A DNA stretch of 64,000 bases from Gonapodya sp. JEL0774 (GCA_027604505.1 JADIIX010000015.1:1-64000), one strand, 5' to 3'; shown: positions 12,724 through 25,834, counted from the stretch's first letter. Notes: generated by a model from the letters alone, not told the origin. A program made the numbers and translations.

Positions 12724-14540
12724 ATGGCTTCGAGAAAAGCGCTTGCACGGACGTGCGCAACTGTTCTCTCCAGGTCTTGTACTCCCACTGTTACCGCGGC
12801 ACTGGTCAGTGCCCTGGTGTGGATATAGGATGTGCCTGAAGCAAAACGTCTCCCTCATCTCTATCTCATCCTCTCTCATTCTGGTTTTGCAGCCTTCTGT
12901 GACACGATCATTTCATGGCTCACCTCGAAGTGGAGCTGTTGTCATTCCTTCGGATGCGGTGAGTTCCCTGCACATAGACGTAGAGTGTACTGAGTCCAAA
13001 ATTTCGCTGTATTTTTTCTTCTCCCCTGTTGCAACGATGACTCACACCTTCCACATTCACCATGTCAGGCAGAATCCAAGCAAACAACTTACGGAGGGGT
13101 CACCACCGTCACGCTCATCCCGGGTGATGGTATCGGCCAAGAAATTTGCGCATCAGTGAAGGATGTCTTCTCTGCCGCCCAGGTGCCCGTCGAGTTTGAG
13201 CAATACGACATTTCGGGGTACAAGCAGGACGACCTCCTTCTCAAACAAGCGACGGACAGCTTGAAGAGAAACAAAGTCGGTCTCAAAGGTAAACAGAGAA
13301 CGCTGCCTTGCTTTGAAGCTATTCCGTGGCAATAAAGCCATGCCGTACATGCCCATCTGTGCGACTAAAATGCGCTTCGATCCCTGGAAGGAATCATCTG
13401 GACTCCCACCGAGCGGTATGGCCACACCTCCCTCAACGTTCTGTTCCGTCGGGACTTCGATATTTTTGCCTCTCTCTCGCAAGTCAAGTCGCTGGAGGGA
13501 GTAAAATCCCGATACCCTAACATCGACTTTTACATCATCAGGGAGAACACCGAAGGGGAGTACTCCGGTTTGGAACACAACGTGAGTCAAAAACCTAAAC
13601 ATGTGACGGCGCGTTTGCTGAATTATTTTGCGATCCCGCATCTTCATCATGAACCCTCTCAGCCCGTTCCGGGAGTTATTGAGTCAATTAAAATAGTAAC
13701 TAGGGAAAAGACGGAGCGCATTGCACGATATGCGTTTGATTTTGCTCTCAAGAATGGCCGCAAAAAGGTTACGGCTATCCACAAAGCCAATATCATGTGA
13801 GTTCCGCAACGTGCAGGTGTCCTTTCCAGATCTATTTTAATGTACTGAATGAATGTTTGGGTATCATTCGGCTACCACTTCAACTTAAATGTTAATCATT
13901 GATGGGTTCAGGAAACTTTCCGACGGTCTCTTCTTGAAGGTGTGCTCTGAAGTCGCTGAGTTGTACAAATCGCACGGGATCAAGTTCGAGGGCATGATTG
14001 TCGACAACGCTTCCATGCAGGTAAGTTCCGGTTATCTGATTGGATGATATTTTCAAAAAGAAAGATGTTCTAACACATCCGGCGATAGATGGTTGCCAAA
14101 CCCCAACAGTTTGACGTCGTTCTCACGGGGAACCTATACGGAAACATCCTCTCTAACATTGGGGCCGCTTTGGTGGGTGGACCGGGAATTACGCCAGGCA
14201 CGAACATCGGACGTGAATACGCCGTGTTCGAGCCGGGTTGCCGACACGTGGCTAAGGACATTGAGGTGGGCTAGCACAAACTGTTGATGGTGTTGTTGAT
14301 TTATCACCCCCTTCCGGTGCCGCTCGTGATGCCAAACAGGGTAAAAAAGTGGCTAACCCTACCGCGATGATCGAGTCCGCTGTATGGATGCTGAGGCACC
14401 TTAGAGAATTTGAACACGCTGACCGTATTCAGAAAGCTCTTTATGAAGTCATCGCCAACGGGTCTTTCCGGACTCGTGATATTGGTGGTACTGCGTCTAC
14501 AGAGGAGTTTACCAAAGGCGTGATCGCGGCTTTGAAGTAG
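12724..14540 (+). CDS. IDH1: NAD-dependent isocitrate dehydrogenase subunit 1, mitochondrial
   Basis: [59 protein letters not shown]...[14 protein letters not shown] (subunit-1 type), ANPTAMI. Confidence 0.93.
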
Positions 14541-14685
14541 ATGATGTAATGGGGTTATTAGGAGAGACTTGACGTCGGCTTCAATGTCACACCAGAATTT
14601 TGATGTACATTGCACCCTCATTGAACCTCCACAATAGCTGTGCGAAACCAAAGAATAAAGCACATTCTTGTTTTACAATGTACAA

Positions 14686-17518
14686 TCAGATTGGGTTTCC
14701 TATTCCGGCTGTCGCAAGAGCGCCAGCCATCTTCTTCACTTCACCATGTACTCGCACCCTGTATATACACGTATAGAGCTTGTTGCCCCAATTTGACTCA
14801 ATTCGCACCTGGACGTGATCGACGAACGGCTTTCGAAGGCGTCGCTCGTGGCCTTCTACCTCTGACTTCTTGCCTCCTCCTCGAGCAACTGCCCTTTCCG
14901 TGAATGCCTCTGCCATCCTTTCGATACCATCCTCAGGAACTTCAACACGCTTCCACCCAGCATCAGCAAATGGATCGTAAACAGTGCGAGCGATCTCGAC
15001 GCTGCCCGATGCCCCGGATGTGTCCTTGAACTCCCGAACGTCAACAATCGCATGGAAGCTGATGTTGCGAGGAGCCGACTTCCATCCTTCTGTCGGGTTC
15101 GGGGCCAAAGCAGGCGGGAGATGCTCCACAGTGAAAGATGTCACGTGTATGGGGATCGAGAGATGGATGGTTAGGTTCCCGTAGGTTCCTTGCGACGTTG
15201 GCAGAGGATTGGGCATTTAACAACTTTAAAGCAATTAACCATTAATGGAACCTACCACGCATAGCCCAGCATTCGCCAGGTGTCGCTGAGCCTCCTCTGA
15301 TGGCCTCGCCTGGAGGGAACCTCTGGACACCCACGCCAGTCACCCATCCAAACAAACCGGAGATTGGGCCCGTCGGTCTCATCATATAGGTGGAAGATGT
15401 CAGCTCTCTTACTACAGTACCGCCAGTCGATTCCGCAGCATAATCTGGGACGTCTGCCCTCCTCACGCCGTATTTTGCGAGATGCCGATCCAGAACAGCA
15501 GCCAGCACATTGTCTCGGTCTTGACCGACGTTGGTGTCACCCATTCCGACCTCTCCGGCAAACTTCTCGAGGGCCTTTTGAACAGCACCGTCCTTAACTT
15601 CCTTTTCCATCTGTCTTCGTACGATCTCTACAACTTCGTCCCTCTCCACCACCCGTCCATCGACCAAATCACGAGCTCTTTCATCCACAAATTTGGCCAC
15701 GTCGGCCTCAACTCTGTCCAGAAGCGTTCGCCAACCTTTAGCGTCGGCAGTTACAAAACCACCTTCGTCTTTGCCCACAGGTGCACCATCCGCTAATCGG
15801 GCTCGAAGATACTCGTAAAACGTAGTGTCCATGACCCAGTGGCCATCTGGACCCTTACGAGCCACAGCTGCAACAGGCGCCACCTCCTCCACCAGCTTGC
15901 GCAGTCGATCTTCCAGCTTCCCGTCCCAAACAATTCCCAAACCACTAGCAGGCTGCTTCACTCTGGCAGCCGTTGCCTCCGCTGCCGCTGCCGCAGCCTT
16001 AGATCCCTCCACTGCTTCCCTGGCTTCCTTTTCGGCTCGCTGAGCAGCTTCTTTAGCTTCCGATGCATCGCGGGCGACCCTAGTCGTCGTCTCGTCCACT
16101 CGCGTCTCAAGTTTCTCCAGCGCTGCAGCTAAGTCAGCACGCGTAGCATAGTCACCAAGGAGGAGAGTGCGAAGGCGGGCAAAGCCTACCGCGAGGCCAA
16201 GCACGAAGGAATTAACTGCCCCAGGTGGTGGCGCACCCTCGGAAGCTGGTTCCACAGCTATTTTAGTCACATTAAGACTCGACTCTGCGAGGGGATTCGA
16301 GATTGCTGTGACGATAGGGACGTGTTCTCCAGACTCCTGGGCATGTCGGGGTGTTCGGGTAGGTGCTGGATCGGCTGGTGCTCCCGGATATACGAGAAGA
16401 ACAAGTATAAGCACAACAGGTATGGCAAGAAAGAGACAGTAGCGAGTCAGTGCTGCTTTAAGAATCAGCGAAGGGACTAATTAGCGAAGGAAACGAGAAC
16501 CTTCTAATTCTAGCTTCGGCATACCTCCTCGTCCCCATTTTGCTGCGCGAACAGACACAACAATTCTGTTATCGTCATCAAAATTTCCTTCTGTCCTTCC
16601 CTTGCCCTTCCCCTTTCTCCCTTTCTTGCCCGGGGTCTCCGTGTTGTCGAAATCCTCCGATGAACCGTAGCCATGAGAACGAGCTTCATCCTCTGCGTTT
16701 TTTACAGCAGTGAGCACTTCTTGCTTCACGTAAAGCAAGGGGCTCATTATGGCACCCCAAAGCCCTACCCCACCACCTCCTGAGGTTCGGATGGGCGTTG
16801 ATATTGTGAGATGTGTCAAATCATCTCCCAAAAGCGTTGATGGGGATGAAGGCCCTGCTCGAACAGGTCCTGTCCCGACTTGTTTCGGACGTTTGGGTGG
16901 AGCCTCGGAAGGAGGCACTTTGCCGGGGCGGCGATTCGCTCCAACGCCTGGCAGACCATCGTTCTCCTTGTCCGATGCCGAAGTAGTGGTGGTAGTCGTT
17001 GCATTTGAGGCGGCAGAATGCTCTCCACGCAGCGGTGGGCCAGCGGCAGATGAGCTGAAGGAGGAAGGTGGCAAGGGGTTTGTACTACCATTTGCTGGAC
17101 GTCCCACAGGCTTGTAGCCAGCACCTCCGGCAGGGCCACCAACACCATGTCCAGTCCTCGAGCTGGCAGGCCCAACAGCATAACTCAACGCTCCAACGCC
17201 TGAGGAAAAGAAGTCTCCCCTAGGCTGCCGTTGTTGTTGATTCAAGTTGTCGACACCATCTGGAGGATCTACGGCGGAGACGTCCGCACCCATGGCATCG
17301 GGAAAAGACTCATCAGCAAGATCCGCGTGGGAGGGAGCAGAGGAGCCGATTGATAATTTATCGGCTCCATCGCGGGGGTCGTCGTCAGAGGCAGAGGCGG
17401 CGGAGGCACGGGAAGTATTACGACGTGGACGCGGGGCGCGTGTAGGCGCCACTAAATTAACAGCTTCGGAAGTGGATGGGCGAGAACGGCGGGTCTTGCG
17501 GGGGGTTGGGGCGGACAT
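14686..17518 (-). CDS. SUN-domain (Sad1/UNC-84) inner nuclear membrane protein
   Basis: Low-complexity N-terminus, TM (FLAIPVVLILVLLVYP), coiled coil, DYAAESTGGTVVRELTSSTY, PGECWAMRG|TYGNLTIHL...FTVEH...SAPRNI...VRIESNWGNKLYTCIYRVRVHG. Confidence 0.93.
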
Positions 17519-18040
17519 GAAGTCGTTCGGTGGGGAGGCGGTCACAACTGAACGTAGAGGAACGAAGTTGAGCGATTGCAACGTTCGGAAATCGATTCCG
17601 CAATCCAAAAACAGAAGCCTTAGGGGTGAGTATGATGGCGCCTGGGGTCAGAACCCCGTGCTCTCTCCACCTCCATTGCAGCCACCCGTTTGATCGATAG
17701 CGTCTAGCAAAATCATGATAGCAATCTGAGATTGTCATGATCCACCCAATTCTCACCTTCGGAGCTGGGTCGCCTGTATGAAGTACAAACAGGGGCGGGA
17801 GTGATACCCGGTGCACCGCCAGCCCGTCTGACTGAGGTGCGTGCTCCAATCTTATCCTCAATGAATTACGATTGGATCGATCGCGCATATACATTATCCT
17901 CCATGACACAAAATAAAGCGAATGTTCCTCCCGTGCAACCGTTTCTCAAGCAAACTGGAAGCAATCCCCAGTACAATACACAAATGATGATACATCCATC
18001 CATACTTCCACCGATGACGAAGTGCCTCATGTCTAATCTT

Positions 18041-18099
18041 CCGGTTAATTTCTATGCGTTATCGAATGACTCAAGAATGTCACAAGATATGCTGAACAA
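18041..18099 (+). repeat. 59-bp imperfect direct repeat, copy A
   Basis: ccggttaatttctatgcgttatcgaatgactcaagaatgtcacaagatatgctgaacaa; 5 mismatches to copy B. Confidence 0.9.
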
Positions 18100-18109
18100 A
18101 TGCAGGTGC

Positions 18110-19347
18110 TCACACACTGTGAGACATATCTTCTTCGCGCGACAACGGCGCCGCGTCCCGCAACATTCGAAGTTCGGCCTGTAAAGTGTCCACAATCCGT
18201 TCCAACTGCTCGTTACGGGCTCTCAGGTCCCAGACGGCACTTTCCAGGCGATCAACCCGCCGCCACAGATGACTCGCAGAATTATCCGGAGGCGACGCAT
18301 CCCGTTCTTGTCTGTCTGCTCCAGAATGTAAGTGATACGGAGGTGGGAATATCTGGGGGTGGAGGCTTGCCGCTAACGCCGACGGTGTTGGCGGGGGAAG
18401 AATAGGCGGTGGGTTTCCAGGAGGTGACCCGACCGGCCAGGCCATTGAGGTGAGAGGAGGAAGCCCCGACGTGGTTTTACGATGCATAGACAACGAGTCT
18501 GTGAGAGGTGGTTGTGGTTCGTGTAGGGGTCGGGAGTGGAAAGGCACGTCATGCCTTGGACTGGAGGATTCTCGGCCCGAAAAGTCTGCCCAGTTTTGGA
18601 AGGGTGGATTAATCCAAGTCTGGTCTACTGACTGCGCCGCCTGAACAGGAGGGTGTGGTTGAATCTGCTGGCGCGAAGCGATCATCTTTGACGAGTTACT
18701 CGCCGAAGGATCAGTACAGTCAAAATCAACACACCAAACTTCCACTTTGTCTTTCACATGCTCCTCTTGCAGGGTCGAGTGGACTCTTGTTATCCGAATC
18801 GTCGGATGGGGCACCACGTCGAGTAGGAGGTGGATAAGGTTGACTGTACGTTGACAATGGAGCAACAAAGTCTGGGTAGACGCATATTTTGCGTTGCCGA
18901 ACACAACGCAGACATGTGGGATAATCGCTTCAGGGTCAACGGCGGATTGACGATCAGCTTCAGGTTGTTTACCCCACACACAAGCAGGAGCAAACTGAAA
19001 ATAACTAACTTGGAACAAGTCTTCTTCTGATTGAAGCACTTTTGCAACGAGAAATAGGAATGTTATCCAGTTTAGGGAAATAAATGATTGAGGTAGCCAG
19101 TCAGTCAGGCGCGTCAACCGAGGAAAAGGACGAGCTGGTGAGTTCGCCAGGATCCCAAAAATCAGCCGGAATTCAGTCATACCTCATTACAACTGCGACG
19201 CTTTCCGCCCCGTCCAATTACTCGATATTCGCTTGTCTGGTTCGATTGGTTCACCTCTGATGTAGAGGGAAGCTGCTCACCGCGTCCTACAGAAGAAGAC
19301 GCGGAAGGACTAGCTGAATCCCACCCAGCTGGCTCGGATGTGTCCAT
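18110..19347 (-). CDS. Zn(II)2Cys6 transcription factor with C-terminal coiled coil
   Basis: Cluster split over three exons: KRRSCNE|CFNQKKTCSN|DYPTCLRCVRQRKICVYP; C-terminal heptads LWRRVDRLESAVWDLRARNEQLERIVDTL. Confidence 0.85.
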
Positions 19348-19629
19348 GGGAAGAGTGATTTATCCTGCGGAGTTTGTCAGTGGCAACCACCACAGGCCAA
19401 CACGTTTCCTCACCGGCTCGCTGCCTGAGGGTCTCCCACAGCGGCCATGCATCATTTAAAATTCGCACATGCATTTCTGGTAGCAGTTCAAAGAAACTCA
19501 TGTCTTTTATAGTTGCGAACTAGAGAATGTAAAACTCCCTGGCATGTGAAAGTTTGCATGGAATACTTCATTTGGAGTAATATTGTTTGACAGCAACAGT
19601 ATATCGAATCCTTCACTATCATGGATGGT

Positions 19630-19688
19630 CCGGTTGATTTCTATGAGATATCGAGTGACTCATGAATGTCACAAGATATGCTGAACAA
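19630..19688 (+). repeat. 59-bp imperfect direct repeat, copy B
   Basis: ccggttgatttctatgagatatcgagtgactcatgaatgtcacaagatatgctgaacaa. Confidence 0.9.
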
Positions 19689-19831
19689 GTCCGAAGCTCC
19701 CCAGGGCTGTAGCAAGCAGATTGAGGGATACTTAACTGGGGGAAAACAATCCCTCCGCAGTGAGAGTGGAAATTCAGCGAGGAGCTTGATGCCAGGAAAT
19801 AAATAACTGTACATATTTGGAGCTTCACGAT

Positions 19832-20838
19832 CTAGCTGTGTACTGTCTCAACCAATTGGCGATTGTCTACCTCGACCTGGTCTCCTTTGATATTTTCGCT
19901 ACTCCCAATCAAAGACTCGTCACTGTCCCCTTCTCGATTCTTCACATAATTGGCTCCGAATTCCCCGACTGAAAGGTCTTCAAGTACCTGCTCCGACTCA
20001 TACGCTTCCACCCATTCGGGGAGCCTGTCCCGCCGGAACTCTTCATATGACCAGTCCTTGTTTGAAAGATAGCGAGACCCCATTTTCCATATGTACACCT
20101 GAACGGGCAGGAGGACCTTTGGTGGCGTTGATGTGGTTGCTGTCGTCGGTGTTGATGGAGGCGAGGGTGAAGCTTCTGGCGCGAGAAGTTCGACAATCAC
20201 TGGGGTGCGTTCGTACTCCTGATTACATGAAGTTTGTCAAAGGATAGGAACGAAGGGTTCCGTTGGAGTGCCGGCGGCAAGAATTCAGTCATCGCTGAAC
20301 TTGTCTGGAGCTTCAAGCACTCACATAGTCTTCCCATTCATCCATCTTCTCGATATCTTTCGAGCTTTGTGCCCACACAACCATACCATCGACCCACTCG
20401 TCATCACGTGCGGGAACGAGACCAGGGTAACGGCGATCCAACACTCCTCGGCGATGATGACCACGTAACCGCCCGTGGCACCAAGGAGGAAACTTGTAGG
20501 CGCTCCAGTCAGCTCCACCAACAACTCGCAGGTATACCTCAGGAGCCATCAGGGTGCCTGCCGGCAGAAGATGGGAGGATTTAGATGGTATCCATTTTGT
20601 GAAACTACAATAGAAAGCTTGGGTCCCCCATCCCAGGATCGCTGATGATGCCCATCACTAGGTAAAGGTACAGATTATCCAGTCGGGAAGTCATCTGGTT
20701 GAGTTTCCGCTTTACCCTGATCGGCTGCAGGATCAGAGAGACGCTGTACTTCTCCATGTTGTCCTTGAACTCACCATAGACGAAGATCGGGATTCCCTCG
20801 TGAGGCAGAGCTGAGATGTCAATCGGAGAGCCAGCCAT
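19832..20838 (-). CDS. AIG2-like / gamma-glutamylcyclotransferase-fold protein
   Basis: IFVYG|TLMAPEV...RYPGLVP...VDGMVVW...MDEWED..YERTPV...VQVYIW...DWSYEEF. Confidence 0.85.
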
Positions 20839-21173
20839 GGAATTAAAGTTGTCGAGTAATAGACAGATGGGATGGGAAGTGGTGGAGGTTCAGTGGCACA
20901 AGTGGGATCTCAGATAAGAAGGAACCTCGGCCAGCTAAAATCCAGACACAAACTTGACTTTCTCAGAATTCATAAAACAGGTGAGGAAGTACATTTTCTA
21001 ACTGAGGGTATGATTTGAACTTGCAGAAGGTGGAGTATGTACATATTACATGTCACAGCTCCGATTGATTCCCCGATCTCAGGTTAGTAGTTGAAAGAAT
21101 TGATGCCGAGGTGCTTAGAGGTGTATCCATGTAGGTAGGAATGTTATCAGTGATGTGCGCTCACAGTGCTTTG

Positions 21174-21225
21174 GTCACGCGATATGAAGAAGTTCTTCAA
21201 CGTTGTCACGTGTTTCAGTCACGTG
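21174..21225. promoter_or_regulatory. tandem CDEI/E-box elements (GTCACGTG x2 plus GTCACGCG)
   Basis: GTCACGTG at 21205-21212 and 21218-21225, near-match at 21174-21181, about 200 bp upstream of the Cbf1-like ATG. Confidence 0.7.
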
Positions 21226-21426
21226 TTCTCAAGTAAGAAAGTTGATGGGCATTGGCTGATGGATTTTTCAGCAAAGTTAGACTCCCCACCGTTGCTTACG
21301 CTCGCTTCCCAAATGGAAAACAGAACTACTGCAACATCTTGTCTTCTCGCTGCGATCCGGTTGGACCCATTTGTCTCATAGCTCTGGCCCCTCGCGATCA
21401 GGAGATTACATGCTCCATAACCACCG

Positions 21427-22434
21427 ATGGCTGATCGCTCGCACTCCCGCCGTGCCGCTCCAGTCGCTACATCAACGTCTTCCCTCGGGAACCACCCTCT
21501 GATCACCCGAACCCAACCGTCAGACGCAAACGACCCACCTCTCAGCCTTTTCGCTCTCACTACACCTATCGATGCGGATATCCACGCTTCTGCCCAACGC
21601 GAACTGGGTGCAGGACCTACTTCCACCGCACAATCTCCCTCGTCCATCATACATGCTCATACCACAACTCAAGTTCTACCGATGGGCGTCCACGATGATT
21701 TGGACGCTTCTTTGCTTTCACACGAGGATACAGAACAGTTTCTGGAGCGCCAGAAGAAGATGAACCACAAGGAGGTGGAGAGGAGGAGGAGGGTAAACAT
21801 CAACAAGGGAATGGAGGCTCTGGTCGCGGCGTTACCTGAGACAGGAGAAAAAGCAAAGAGCAAGATTCTTCAACGGGCTGCAAATCACATTGCGGACCTT
21901 AAGCAAGCGCAAGCAGCACTGGTGGAGAAAACGACTCTGGAAAGACTCATGCTCGAGCAAACGTGAGTACTCATAACTTTGCCTTTCTGTACAGCTTCCT
22001 ATCAAATGGAATGTGAATGGGGAGTTCCTTGAATTACTTGAAATTTGTCGCATGTTACTCCCGTCTAATTTTCACGAGTTCTCCGTCGCCGTTTCCAACG
22101 ACTCCACTCGTCAATCATACAGCATCAATGAACTGACCGTCCAACTTGACTCGGCACGCATGGAACTCGAAGACCTCCGCTCGAAATACGAACAAGTCAC
22201 TGATGAGAACATGTTGTATAAGCAAGAAGTGGCGCGTATTCAGGGTGAGCTCAACAACGGGCAAGCGGACTTTGCCAATTTGGGCGGACACGATGGATAC
22301 CTGGAAGAGTCCGTGGGAGCTTCGGTTGCTGGGGAGTCATCGAGGAAGAGGCGGCGTAAGTGGTTGTGCCGTGGGTGATTGCGTAGTCGCAACCTAACCT
22401 TTTCCACTTCTCCTCCGTTCCAGGCGACACATGA
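21427..22434 (+). CDS. CBF1: Cbf1/USF-like bHLH-leucine zipper transcription factor
   Basis: NHKEVERRRRVNINKGMEALVAALP...KSKILQRAANHIADLKQ...VEKTTLERLMLEQ|zipper; basic NLS-like tail RKRRR. Confidence 0.85.
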
Positions 22435-23022
22435 ATTCTGAGTGGAAGTATCTTATCACAGTCGTCTGACTGTTGCTCCCCATCACCAACGCAACTGCTA
22501 AGGGACGTCTCCCTCTCGCATCTCCCATTCTCTAAAATTCAATGGAATTCGGTCTCTACATACATATGCATAATCTGTTTGCTGCATCAATGGCTGGAAA
22601 ATGAAATATATATGATTGTGATTGTGTTCGCCGTGTCTGTAGTAGTTGATGTCGTCTTCGTCCGTACGGGCGTTGCCCACGATGTTCAGTTAATTGTTGC
22701 ATTTACAAATATCTCCTTTCTTATTAGACGACAATGAAAAATTACGAGTTTATGGGGTTTCGGTGTAAATATCGAATACTCATTTGGAGTTGAAGCTACA
22801 AATGCTGCCCCTTCCCCAAAGCATCACCACATCGCAGACCGCTAACAGGCACCCGAGCACAGGGGACCCGCCAGTAAGCTCCAACCAGCGACGAAACAGG
22901 GTTGCACAATTACTTCCACCGGCCTTCAAGCTACTAGATGACTCGTCCAAGTCCCTTCACAATTGGAGTCGCTGATTCCTCGTTACTAAGTTCACTTCAC
23001 ACATATTCACAACCCATTCAAA

Positions 23023-25345
23023 CTAGAGACCGTCCCTGCCCCACACCCCCACCCCTTTGACACACGTGTACTCCCACGAACCCAGCCCCTTCGCCCGCAC
23101 AACCTCCACCACAACCACTTCGGCGCCTTTCCCCCCCGCCTCTCTCTCATAGCCCTTCATTGCGTCTTCATCCACGACCACATCATCCTGTTCCCCAACA
23201 CGCAATGTAGCCAGTTTGGTAAACATGCCTTTCGCCGCAGCCGACGCCAGGTTGAGCTGCGGTTGGCGGAGTAGGGCGAGTGCGGCTTCGAGTGGAGGCA
23301 CGACGGCGTAAAGGGAGAGGGTGGAAGGGTGACTTCCTTGCAGGGGGGAATGATGGTAGGTGAGGTTGGTGGGAGAGAGCCGGCGGGGCAGGGTCAGAGT
23401 GAGGTGACCCCGATCGCCTGGTACAAATCATAATGTCGGCATCAATCAAATAAGCGTATATGATATTAATACCTCAGTAAACGACACCGAGAGCCCCGTT
23501 ACTCACCCTCCATTGCCCAACATTTAACATTCTCATCCATCACCACAGCCACCTCGGGGCCAGCGCCTCTGGCAGTTTTGACCGTCTTTTCTTCGCTCTC
23601 AGTGATCCCCACAGCTTTTTGGGCGGCCAGCACTCGCCGCTGGAACCATCCCACGAACCCCCCAGCCGGCTGGGCGTATGTAGGAGTGGTGTATGCTCGA
23701 AGCACACGAGATGTTGGGGCAAAATTGACGGGTGGTGGTGGCGGTGGAGGTGGAGGCGGTGGAGGCGGAGGCGGAGGTGGGTTATAAAACACATACGACG
23801 GAGGCGGGGGCGCAGTCAGCACCACAGGAGTCCTTTCCGCTGCCTCTCTTGCCTCTCTCGCCGCCGCTTTGTTCTTTGCCGCCTCCTCAGCCCCTTCGGC
23901 CAGTTTTTTGACAATTCCTGCCATTGGGCCCCACCCGCCCAGCCCCGCAACCGCCACCAACCCTGCCCCAATCAACCCAAGAACGACCACTGCAATCGCA
24001 ACAGACCGCCACCTGATTCTCCGCACTGGGACTCGCTTCGCCCGCTTGTCTTTCTTCCCAGCGGCAGAGGACTTTGCAGCCCTCGACCGAGTCGTCCTTC
24101 CGCTTGTTGCTGGCCCACCAACCCTGACCGCTGCAGCGGCCGGTGTTCCCGGCGTCGGGGGCGCCACAGTTGTACCCCGTGCGATTCGTCGAGGGCCACC
24201 AGACTCGGGTGAGAAGTCGGAGTCGTTCGGGTCGTCAACTGCGTTGGAGGCGACCGAACTGGCATCATCCGCATTCGGATCGTAGTCAGGACCGTAGTCG
24301 TCATAGAAAAAGAATTGGTCGAGTCTGGTGAGGGTAAAAGGAAAGGGACGGGGGGCGGTGGTGTGACAGGTGGAAGGAGAAGCGACAATTGAGTGGTGGT
24401 GGTGCGAGTGACGGGTCCACGGAGCTTTTTGATTCTCATTTGTTATCACCAGTATCACGGCCAAACACAGTTTCAGGCCAACGAGTTCCAAATTCATTAT
24501 CTGTCCGATCCGACAAGGCCGAGCCACTTCTGTCGTATCGCTCTGCTCTCGAAGTCCGGCAAGTATATATCAAGCTCTCCGCATGAAATCACTGTCTCGC
24601 GGACTTGCATCGACATTAGTCTGCCCAAATCGAGGCGCTTTCGCGGCCAATTTGGGAAGACCAAAGACCCCATGCTGTCATCACTCAGTCAAACCCACCT
24701 CCTTCCAACCTCGCCTTCTTCATGCCAGGGTCTCGAAACGACTCGCGACCTCAACGTCATCTGATTGATATCATCGTCCAGCATTGGCCCCAGTTCCTTG
24801 AGTTCGCTCGCCGGAATCACAAAGGCAGCCACGGATGTGTCCTTATCCTTGTCTCTCGTTGAAGATTTAGTGCGGGTAGGAGCAGAGACGGAAACACTTG
24901 CTGTAGAAGACGTCCGTTTGTGAGAAGAGGAAGAGGTGGTTGGCTGGGGAGCGGATGGGGCAGATCCATTTGCGACAGAAGCTACGCTGCCTCGTCGGCG
25001 GGACGGCGGTACAGGGGGAGGCGGTCCCATAGTTCGCTTGGATACCGTCGCGACCGACGCAAGAGATGCTACCGAGAAATCCGACGCCACGGATTCCATT
25101 GAGTCTCGCCTGGTCCTTCGAGCTCTGACGGATCCAGTTGCCGCCGCCGTTGCCGAGGAAATAGCACCAATGATCGAGGACGCAACGGAATCCTTGCGGG
25201 CTCTGAGTTGGCGAGAAGATGGTTCTGGGGTGCCGAGTCTGGAAGCGCGGTCATCTCCGTCCATCTTGTCGTTATCCAGGTCCGAGTCCGACGGTTTAGA
25301 GGCTGCTTTGGAGCGGCGTCCGCGAACTGAGGCAGTATCGGACAT
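23023..25345 (-). CDS. divergent second SUN-domain protein
   Basis: S/R-rich N-terminus, TM (VAIAVVVLGLIGAGLVAVAGLGG), 16-Pro run, NFAPTSRVLRAYTTPTY...KCWAMEG|DRGHLTLTL...LTYHH...EYTCVKGVGVWG; joining of exon 24700-25345 is inferred. Confidence 0.75.
23730..23780 (-). repeat. CCN codon run encoding 16 consecutive prolines
   Basis: ggt/gga/ggc repeats on + strand within the SUN-like exon. Confidence 0.9.
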
Positions 25346-25834
25346 GGGTAGGTGCAATATTGGGTTTGGGTTATGTATGAATGATGGGGATCGCAGAAGC
25401 CCCGCGAGAGGCGGAAGAGCGTCAGGAGTTGCACAGTCTTTGCGATTCGCGTCTTTTTATCGATTTTTCTGATGCGATGCGTGGGTCTGGTCGGCGCAGA
25501 GGTTGATTGTCCCCGCATCCAAACCGCACGGTCCTTCTGACCCGGTTCGGATGATTGCCCTTTCCCATTTATCACTGCTGGAAAACAAACTTCAGGCGTT
25601 GCCTTCTTTCATTCTTCATTCATCAAATTGTCTTTGACACGTCGGTGGTCAATGTTTGTTTAACGGAAGTTCATGTCGCGCTTCAGACGGGGGTGAAGCT
25701 CAAGAATAACGCTAACCATATCAGATGTTGAAGTCAACCAACTTGGGAAACAGCACTGAGGTCAATGAGGTGTCATGACGGACTAGCCGCCCTCTTCCAA
25801 GACACACCAAGACATCTGTTCTGTTTTCCATCCA

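Noticed and set aside
18790..19180. 356-aa single-exon ORF as annotated by the ORF track
   Set aside because: Its 5' half is intron and off-frame sequence; the real exons encode the Zn2Cys6 cluster in other frames
23578..24285. Plus-strand Gly-rich and Arg/Trp-rich ORFs
   Set aside because: Antisense shadows of the polyproline, GC-rich SUN-like exon
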